Origin: Mustelus asterias
Lineage: Eukaryota
NCBI RefSeq assembly: GCF_964213995.1
Contig: NC_135822.1
Span: forward strand, 21,266,001 to 21,330,000
Length of the DNA: 64,000 bases
Direction: 5' to 3'
How positions within the stretch are numbered: position 1 is the first letter of the stretch; the number at the start of each line of letters is the position of its first letter. The position numbers and the translations under genes are program-made. Under the pieces are notes generated by a model. The model was not told the origin of the DNA and ran no database searches. It was given only the letters and a program-made list of their open reading frames with translations. Shown in pieces: positions 50,509-64,000 of the stretch.

Positions 50509-51303
50509 TGTGGCGCGACTGTGCCTTTTAAGAAAGGTATTTTCCGTCATGAGCAGCTCTTTTTTTTTTCATTGTGGCACCGAGTTGCCTAACAACTAGA
50601 TGTTCTTTTATTGCTGCTTAAATGATTTGATGGGCCTTTCAATTATTTTTAATTTGGCCTAATGTAGTGTCCTGGAGTTTTATGACCCTTTTTGAAGTGT
50701 TGGGTGGAGCCTGATAGGTCAGGTGGTACCTTGGGACAGTTTTTTAATAAGGGTTTTAGTTTCTGTTTGTTAGAAGCTGTTTGGACTGCAGACTGGAAAG
50801 CAGTCTTTCTTGTGCCTCTCTCTCTGTGGAGTGAAATTCTGCTGTCGTTCGTTTGCTGGCTAGAAACTAGAGACAAGCAGTGGCTCTATCTCAGTTTGCT
50901 GAAACTCCAGGACTGGGAAGTCCGTTTCAATTCTCTATCCAAAGGACTGATTGACAGCAGGGGTTGCAAAGCTGCAAGATCCAGCATCACATGAGCATAC
51001 ATATTTTCTGTGCTAAACCAAAACTGGGGTGTATGTGTTGGACCAGTATTTGTAGCTGTTAAGGTTTATACAATATCATGTTTTCTTTTCTTGTTTGTAA
51101 TTAGTAAAAGGTATTGTTAATTGTCTTGTATGTTAACTGTATTCTTAAATAAACTTTGTTTGATAAAAGCTCCTAGTGGATCATTTGAATCATACCTGGA
51201 GTGAAACATCTTATGCTTACCCGTGCCAAAATTCAAAGTGCAAAACTCACGATCTAGACTGACTCCACAAAACACCTCGGAGTTTCTGACTAGGTTTATA
51301 ACA
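50509..51303 (+). mobile_element. Probable solo LTR between MAD2L2 and AKR7A
   Basis: TG...ataaCA ends; aataaactttg...ggagtga 3' block similar to the 56.4-kb LTR; flanks ctgt/ctct. Confidence 0.55.
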
Positions 51304-51738
51304 CTCTCTATAATGGACCTATATTGCTGCTTTTTCTTAATTGTATACTCCTGAAAAGTTTTTTGTTTTACAATTTTGAAGCTCTTAATATTTTCTTCAG
51401 TCCTTTTGTTGCTTTTTATATTTCTCTCGGATTGCTTGATAGTTTTTCTTGTATCTTGCCTCATATTGTCTATGATTGCTTGTCTGGAAATGTGGAAGTT
51501 TTGTCTTTTAGAGATATACTCATCTTTAGCTACTTCACCAATGACTTTCCATGTACTTGCACACTTATATTGACTCTGGTATTCCCTGGATTTAAAAATC
51601 TTGCTTTCCAATCCCTATATGGCTTCATCCCTCTCTATCTCCTTCAGCCCAGCTGTCCATTCAGATCTCTGTTCTCCAACTCTGATTTTAAACAATCCAC
51701 CACCAATAGCAGCCATGCTATCTCATTATCCAGCCCTC

Positions 51739-51985
51739 CGGTGCCACAGTGGTTAGCACTGCTGCCTCACAGCACCAGGGACCTGGGTTCGATTCCTGGC
51801 TTGGGTCACTGTCTGTGTGGAGTTTACACGTTCTCCCCGTGTCTGCCTGGGTTTCCTCCCCACAGTTTGAAAGACGTGCTGGTTAGGTGCATTGACCTGA
51901 ATTGGTGCCGAATTGTGGCGACTAGGGAAATTTCACAGTAATTTCATTGCAGTGTTAATGTAAACCTTGTGACAAATAAACTTTT
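51739..51985 (+). mobile_element. HE1-like SINE, tail type B
   Basis: Same head and tail as the 41611 copy. Confidence 0.85.
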
Positions 51986-52324
51986 AAAGTTATGGAATCC
52001 TGTCACTATATTACTCTGTATTTCTCTGTCCTTTAAAATGCTTCTTAAAACCACTTCCTTTATCACCAACCTTAATGTTTCTTGAAACTCATCTTGGCTG
52101 CCACCTATCCTGACCTGCTCTATTCCCCTTTTCCAACTAATGATCTGTCACGTTTTATCCCTTTTCAGCTATGAAGAAGTCATAAAGTCTCAAAATGTTA
52201 ACTCTGTTTCTCTCTCCAGATGCTACCAGACCTGCTGAGTTTATTGATCAATTTCTGTTTTTAAGTTTGCATTTATTTTCATATTTCCTTGTGTCTAGGT
52301 GTCAAGTGCTGTTTGATAATGCTC

Positions 52325-52898
52325 CATAGAATCATAAATTCCTGACCGTACATAAGAGGCCATTTGGCCCGTCATGTATGCACTGACTCTCCGACAGAAC
52401 CGCTGACCCAGGCCTCCCTCCCCACGTTTCCCACGGCTGATTCACGTAACCTACACATCTTTGGACTGTGACAGGAAACCCATGCAGACACGGGGAGGAC
52501 GTGCAGACTCCGCATAGACAGTGACCCGAGGCTGGAATTGAACCCGGGTCTCTGGCGCTGTGAGGCAGCAGCGTTCCTAACCACTGTTCCTCTTCATAGA
52601 ATCCCTACAGTACAGAAAGAGGCCATTCGGCCCATCGAGTCTGCACCGACCACAATCCCACCCAGGCCCTACCGCCATATCCCTACATATTCACCCACTA
52701 ATCCCTCTAACCTACGCCCCTCAGGACACTAAGGGGCAATTTTTTTAGCATAGCCAATCAACCTAACCCGCACATCTTTGGACTGTGGGAGGAAACCCAC
52801 GCTGACACGGGGAGAACGTACAAACTCCACACAGACAGTGACCCAAGCCGGGAATCGAACCCAGGTCCCTGGAGCTGTGAAGCAGCAGTGCTAACCAT
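52325..52898 (-). mobile_element. Two tandem HE1-like SINEs with CR1-type tails
   Basis: Copies 52325-52588 and 52595-52898; the second is flanked by direct repeat tgttcctcttc (52585, 52898). Confidence 0.85.
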
Positions 52899-53002
52899 GT
52901 TCCTCTTCCCAGGGATATTTTAGCAAAGTTAAAGATGCTACATAAATGCAAATTGCTTCACCCTCCATCCAGCACAGCAGAAATTATGGTTGGGAAATGC
53001 TA

Positions 53003-53146
53003 CCTGGAGGGGGCGGGGATTGGTGACATCTACCGAAGGGGGCGGGGATTTGTGACGTCTACCGGAGGGGGCGGGGATTTGTGACGTTTACCGGAGGGGG
53101 CGGGGTTTAGAACCCTTCTGGGAGGGGCGGGGTTTGGTGACGTAGA
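53003..53146 (+). promoter_or_regulatory. AKR7A proximal promoter: five ~29-bp tandem units, each with a GC box and four with a TGAC(G/A)T site
   Basis: Unit ccggagggggcggggatttgtgacgtcta repeated, ending about 35 nt before the ATG; CpG-rich. Confidence 0.75.
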
Positions 53147-53181
53147 CCACCCGGACTCTGCTCGGCTCCGCCCCGGACGCC

Positions 53182-58452
<5,271 letters not shown>

Positions 58453-59649
58453 GACAGATCTCGATAAGAAAGGCGTCTGAAAATATGCACACTGAAATAA
58501 TGAATTTAATAATTACCCTACATTCTTAGAACCATGTTTGGCAAAAAGTTATTAGTTAATGTGTTTGGAAACGGATGAAATGATTCATGTAACTGATTGT
58601 TTGGATAGATCAGCTGCTCGTAATCCAGATGGCAAGATGCTAAACTGCAATGGGAAATTATTCACAGATATAGATAGCTTGAGTTAAATGTTCTGCAATA
58701 AGGAATCGGGCAGAGGACCAGCCTCTAGGACAAACACCAGTGAGAGCAATAAGATTGAACTGAAGACTTTTTTCATTTACTGCAATCCCACAACAGCTAG
58801 GAATTGAACTGTCAGCACAAACTGTAAACAGGATCAAAGCTGTTACTGAAAGTACAAAATATTTGTTTCAAATCTGTCTCCAATGGAGAATTAAAACCAA
58901 GACTAATTGAGCATTTATACATTTGTTAGTGCTTGATTCATCCACTGCATCACACACGGGCGGATTCACCTGAAATCAGATGAATGAGAATGGATTGCTG
59001 TCCTTGTTTCACTGGCAGGTTGTTATAAATTTCTGTGTTTACATGTACAGCAGAGGCTGCTAAACTAAAGTGGTTACAGTTACCTACCAACATTGGTATA
59101 ACTATGACCCCTTCAGATGGGGAGTGGGGGAATTGCATAACCACCTAATAGTCACGAGTACATGGACAGCATATCACAGAACATTAACAGTCCTGGCTTA
59201 GTGGCAGCATACTAACCTGAGTTAAAGGTTGAGAGTTCAAAGTCCATTTCAGTAGAGGGCCAGTAATGACAGTGTTATGCTTTCTCTCTTTTAAATTGTT
59301 TTTGGGATGAAAGTCCATCATTATTGCTCATTACCCTTTTTGAATCTGCAGTTTGTGGATAGGTACACCTACAGTGCTTGTTTTCCTGTGGCAGTAACTG
59401 AGCGGTTAAAACTCAACTACACTACTGTGGATCTGGAGTCACCTGTAGGGCAGACTGGGTGAAGATTGCAGGACAGTGAACAAAATGGGGTTTTCCCAAA
59501 AATCTGGAAGTTTCATGATCGTTATTGAGACTAGTTTTTTTTATTCCAGATTCATTAATATATTGAATTACCACTATGCTACAGTCCCTGATGTCAAACT
59601 GGAATCTTGCCTACTTGGGTGTGGGGAGATACTCAGGCCCTTTTCCCAG

Positions 59650-59937
59650 AGCAGGAGGCTATTCGGCCCATTGAGTCTGCACCAACAACAATCCCACCCA
59701 GGCCGTATCCCCATAACCCCACGTATTTACCATAGCTAATCCCTGATACTAAGGGGCAATTTAGCATGGCCAAATCAGCCTAACCTGCACATCTTTGGCG
59801 TGTGGGAGGAAATCAGAGCACCCAGAGGAAACCCACACAGACACAGGGAGAACGTGCAGACTCCACACAGTGATCCAAGCTGGGAATCGAACCCGGTTAC
59901 CTGGCACTGAGGCAGCAGTGCTAACCATTGTGCCGCC
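59650..59937 (-). mobile_element. HE1-like SINE with CR1-type tail
   Basis: Same head and central domain as the other copies. Confidence 0.85.
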
Positions 59938-60404
59938 AAAACATTTGTTGCATTTTGAAGGGAGAAGCTACCAAAATCCAGTGGCAGATCCTTATATGGT
60001 AAGTTGCAACTTAATCAATCCTCGACAATGGTTTCATGGTCATCAGTAGATCCTTAATTCCAGATATTAACTGCGAATTCCACCATCTGTCGCTGTGGGA
60101 TTTGAACCTGGGTCCCCAGAACATTAGCCGAGTTTCTGGATTAATAGTCTAGTGATAATTCCAATAGGGCATTGCCATCCCCCAATGATCATCTCATCTG
60201 GAACTCTGGCAACTTTACTTTGAATGATCATCTCCCTTCAAAGCTGTTTATTAGCTGGAAAAGCTCAGAAAATTATATAAACAAGTTATTTTGTCTATAA
60301 CACTAAGATGGATGTGGTCAGTAAAAACCATTTAACCTCAGACAGTTCCTGTCTCTTTCATCATAGGCAAGACCCAGACAATAATTCTGCTGAAGGTCGA
60401 AACT

Positions 60405-60410
60405 TTTATT
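60405..60410 (-). terminator. Candidate MRTO4 polyadenylation signal
   Basis: tttatt on plus = AATAAA on minus, about 115 nt after the stop codon. Confidence 0.55.
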
Positions 60411-60526
60411 AAAAATCCACGTGTCCATTATTGCAACAACTGATATCCCAAATGTTCATGGCATTGCTGATTAGTCACTGAAGATTAATACTGATGGCAC
60501 ACGCAGTGCAGCCCTTGAACCACCAG

Positions 60527-60661
60527 TTACTCCTGTTCATCATCCATCTCTTTGTCGCTTTTCCCACTAGTTGCTGTCAGTTGCTCAAATTCACCAGTCT
60601 CTGAGTTCCACATACAGTTTATCGTCACTTTGAAGGTCGCCATCTCGACACCAAGCAGTTT
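60527..60661 (-). CDS. MRTO4: MRTO4 last exon ([28 protein letters not shown]...DDEQE*)
   Basis: 135 nt, TAA stop; acidic tail. Confidence 0.95.
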   Translation of the reverse strand, partial: KLLGVEMATFKVTINCMWNSETGEFEQLTATSGKSDKEMDDEQE

Positions 60662-63600
60662 CTGGGACAAGAGTGTGGATAATTAAGAACTTGCTGTGTC
60701 CATATCACTAATAGTTACATTATTTGAAAAGTGCAAATTTAGAAATTTCTATTTTGACTTGCAGGTAATGTTTTTTCCAATTTGTTGGTACAGTAGCTTA
60801 AGTTTCTGAAAGTTATTCTTTAAAAATAAAAACTAACCAGAAGACGAGCTTGTTCAGGGGTCAGTGAGGCACCTTCTTTACACACAACATAATCAGACAA
60901 TAATGTCACGACACCTAGGAAACAGAGACCACACAAAATCCAATTACTGCCTGCTGTTCCAAATCTTACTCTTAAATATGTAACAGTAGAGAACGAAAGA
61001 ACCTCAGTTTGCATGAGTTGCCGTTGCTTCTTGCTGTACCTTTCTTCAATGTGGTCGGTAACCCAAGCTGCCGCAGCTGTGGCTCAAGAGAGTGTGTGAA
61101 CTGTGGCAGTGGCCCAGCGTCAAGCGTAACAGCCATTGTAGCTATATTTCCAGCACGAGCAAAATCGGACTCTGTGCATCGATCAAACCACCTACAAATT
61201 GGAACCAGAGACATATGTTGGAGAAGTCTGTAGAAAGACCAATGAATTAAAATAAGAATGGAAGCGAAAAAGTGGACAGAAAAAATGTTGGGAGACTCAC
61301 TCAACCACTTCCACTTTTGTGCGATTAGTGAACAGAAGACCAACTTCACCTTGCAACTGTTTACTGACCTAGAGGAAAAGACATAAAATTCTAGATGTTG
61401 GAAATATTCAGCAGGTCAAGCAGCACCTGGACTAGGCAACAGTGGGTTAATGTCAATGAACCTTCACCACAACTGAGAAAAGGTAGACTTGAAATGCTAA
61501 CCAGGTGGCACGGTGGTTAGCACTGCTGCCTCACAGCGCCAGGGACCCAGGTTCAATTCTGGCCTTGGGTGACTGTGAAGCTTGCATGTTCTCCCTGTGT
61601 CGGCATGGATTTCCTCTGCATGCTCTGGTTTCTTCCCACATTCAAGATGTGCGGGTTAGTTTGATTGGCTACGCTAAATTGCCCTTTAGGGTCTGGGTGG
61701 GATTGTTGTCAGTGCAAGCTCAATGGGCCAAACAGCCTGCGTTTGCACTGTCCGGATTCTATAAACTTTTGAGTTTGCATTATGGAAATGTAGGATGAAA
61801 AATAAGAGCCCCAGATCCCCAACATGGCCCAGTCACTGAGACCTTACCTTGTGCAAACCGTCCTTATACTCATCTGCTGGTTGTTTTCCCAGGGCCAACA
61901 TCATCACTTTGTTTTTACCAAAGAAAAACCTGCATAACCACAAAAAATAAGTTTCACGCTTATATACATAAGAAACTGATAGTAAAAGTTACAGCACAAG
62001 AAACTGATAGCAACCTATCAATCTGGGTAAAGAATTGCGAGAAGGTAGAGGACAGCGTAGGGATAATTGATATGGCTCTTTAATCACCTGCCTGTGGTTG
62101 AAGAGCTCCCTCCCGCGTTGCAATGCAGATTCCACCCACTATGGTGAACAACCATGTGGCAACGACCAGAGAAATACAGGAAACCGCACCAACCCTTGTA
62201 CATGCCCTTCTTTGACCTCAAGAGTCAACGTAGTCAATCACAAGGCATTATGGATCGTACTCCTGTTTGGCTGCCCCCAAAAGTGTATCACCATCCCCTG
62301 CCTGCTCCATGATGACATGCAAGTCCTGATTCCTGACCAACCGATCCACCGACATTCTTCTCAATCTTGCTTGCTGCAATGCTCCAGCTCACGCTCAAAG
62401 CTCCCCGCAAGAGTGCAGCTAAACCACAGAACAAATAGGAATCTGTTCACCATTTGCTGCCTGCAGGTCAGATCGAAGGCCATCCTGTGCAATCCTCTGT
62501 CATTGAACTATAGTAAGCAGACAATGCTTCTGTCTGTGCAAATTCAATGAGGCTGAGCGCCAAGCCATTGTCAACATTTTCACCAAGGCATACAACATCT
62601 GTAAGACAAAGGTCGTCGCCCAATCTGTCCCTGCCACACAATAATAACCCCCAGGTTATCAAAATTCACGAGACCTTGGTCAACATGGCCACTTTCCATA
62701 TGTTGGAGGCCTCAGGGCAGATACTGACGACGAGGTTCAATGCTGCCTTCAATGTGCCAGTGCAACCTTTGGTCACCTGAGGAAAAGAGTAGTGCAAGAC
62801 CAGAACCTCAGACCTAGCACCAGTCTCATAGTCTACAGCACAGTAATGATACCCACCCTCTTATTTGGCTCAGAGATGTGGACTATGTACAGCAGGCACC
62901 TCAAAATCCTGGAGAAGAATCACCAGCGCTGCCTCCGCAAGATCCAATAAATCCATTGGCAGGATTTGTGTGGGCCAAATTGTCCAGATGCCCGATAGGA
63001 GACTCTTGAAACAAGTACTCTACCTGGAGCTCTGACACAGCATGCAGACACTGCCCAGGAGGGCAGAGAATACGCTTCAAGGACACCCTCAAAGCCTCCT
63101 TGAAATAGTGCAACATCCCCATCGGCACATGGGAATCCCGAGCCCAAGACTGCCCAAAGTGGAGGAAAAACACCTCCAGTTTCATCAGCGAGCTAGCCGA
63201 TCCTAAGTGTTGACAATAAAAGGAGCACATGACAACCCGGGCACCCCAACCACCTACTCCTCCAATCATTGTCTGCCCCACATGTGACTCTCGCAGTAGG
63301 TTGCGCACTGGACTCTTAGATCACCTGAGAACTCATTTTTAGTGTGGAAGCAAGTCATCCTTGACTCCAAGGGACTGCCTAAGAAGTAAGAAATGACATG
63401 AACTCAAAATTGGCAGGATATTAGTGGTGGCCCCAGGGATCTGCACTGGGCCCTTATCACAATATTTACAAATGACTTTCATAAAGTAATAGGAAGTTGT
63501 ACATCTAAGTTTGCTGCTAGCATTAAGTTAGATGGCACAGTAAATGTGCGCAATGGCAAGTCAAGGTGCAGTGATAGATTAAGTGGGCAAAATGGCAGAT

Positions 63601-64000
63601 GGAATTTGGTGTTCACTTTGGGATCACGAAAGATAAATCAGAATACTTTCCAAATGAGAAAAATCTTGAAACTGTTGATGGTCAGAGATTTCACAACTGA
63701 AGCCCTAAGAATTTTACTAAGAAGTGGGGAAAGGATCAGGAATCAGGTAGATAAGTGGAGTTAAGATGCAAATCAGCCACAATTCAATGATGGAACAGGC
63801 TCAAGGGGCTGAATGGCCTGCTCCTGTTCCTAGGTTCCTCCTCTGCACAATGGAAATAAAATTTTACCGAAATTGGTACGTGTCTGGGGGAGGGAAGTTT
63901 AAATCCCAATGACTTACCGACTATGTTTCCAGGCACCCCGTATGTCCTTTAGTTTATTATTTCTCATATTCTCAACGGAAAAGACAAAGAGATTCTTGTA
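60527..64000 (-). CDS. MRTO4: mRNA turnover protein 4 homolog (pre-60S factor, uL10 paralog), partial join(>64000-63918,61929-61848,61368-61301,61191-61040,60914-60838,60661-60527)
   Basis: [42 protein letters not shown]...[11 protein letters not shown]...FARAGN...[45 protein letters not shown]; GT-AG ends and phases consistent; 5' exons lie outside the window. Confidence 0.96.
60838..60914 (-). CDS. MRTO4: MRTO4 exon ([26 protein letters not shown])
   Basis: 77 nt, GT-AG ends. Confidence 0.95.
61040..61191 (-). CDS. MRTO4: MRTO4 exon ([15 protein letters not shown]...LGLPTTLKK)
   Basis: 152 nt, GT-AG ends. Confidence 0.95.
61301..61368 (-). CDS. MRTO4: MRTO4 exon ([23 protein letters not shown])
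   Basis: 68 nt, GT-AG ends. Confidence 0.95.
61504..61762 (+). mobile_element. HE1-like SINE in an MRTO4 intron
   Basis: ggtggcacggtggttagcactgctgcctcacagc head, ggattctat tail. Confidence 0.85.
61848..61929 (-). CDS. MRTO4: MRTO4 exon ([27 protein letters not shown])
   Basis: 82 nt, GT-AG ends. Confidence 0.95.
62090..63390 (+). mobile_element. Degraded RTE-clade LINE in an MRTO4 intron
   Basis: Peptide remnants [32 protein letters not shown] and [13 protein letters not shown]...[16 protein letters not shown]. Confidence 0.75.
63918..64000 (-). CDS. MRTO4: MRTO4 exon, truncated by the window edge
   Basis: [27 protein letters not shown], donor CG|GTAAGT. Confidence 0.93.

Noticed and set aside
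51117-51941. 164-aa and 205-aa ORFs between MAD2L2 and AKR7A
   Set aside because: They run through AT-rich low-complexity DNA, an LTR end and a SINE, with no coherent protein features.

Overview
This is eukaryotic, repeat-rich vertebrate DNA. It is most likely a shark, inferred from the HE1/V-SINE, DeuSINE and CR1 repeat content. Four spliced genes can be rebuilt exon by exon with GT-AG boundaries and consistent phases. DRAXIN is on the minus strand (6 coding exons, 354 aa, CDS 24276->10761). MAD2L2/REV7 is on the plus strand (8 coding exons, 211 aa, 39528-48827). An AKR7A2-like aldehyde reductase is on the plus strand (7 exons, 347 aa, 53182-58452). The 3' part of MRTO4 is on the minus strand (64000->60527, truncated by the window edge). 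Between DRAXIN and MAD2L2 lies an old Gypsy-type LTR element containing a young 5'-truncated CR1 LINE with an intact 939-aa ORF2, followed by a 1.3-kb G-rich minisatellite. The most notable non-genic signal is a dispersed Penelope-like repeat carrying a minimal hammerhead-ribozyme motif. It occurs as a 349-bp near-perfect palindrome in a DRAXIN intron, as an intact sense-strand copy in AKR7A intron 1, and as a 103-bp stand-alone insertion. Also noted are an AKR7A promoter built from tandem GC-box plus CRE-like units and SINEs with two alternative 3' tails. No prokaryote-type system (CRISPR, operon) is present, and most short ORFs in the track are repeat-derived or chance. Gene and repeat names rest on recalled sequence similarity, not database searches.
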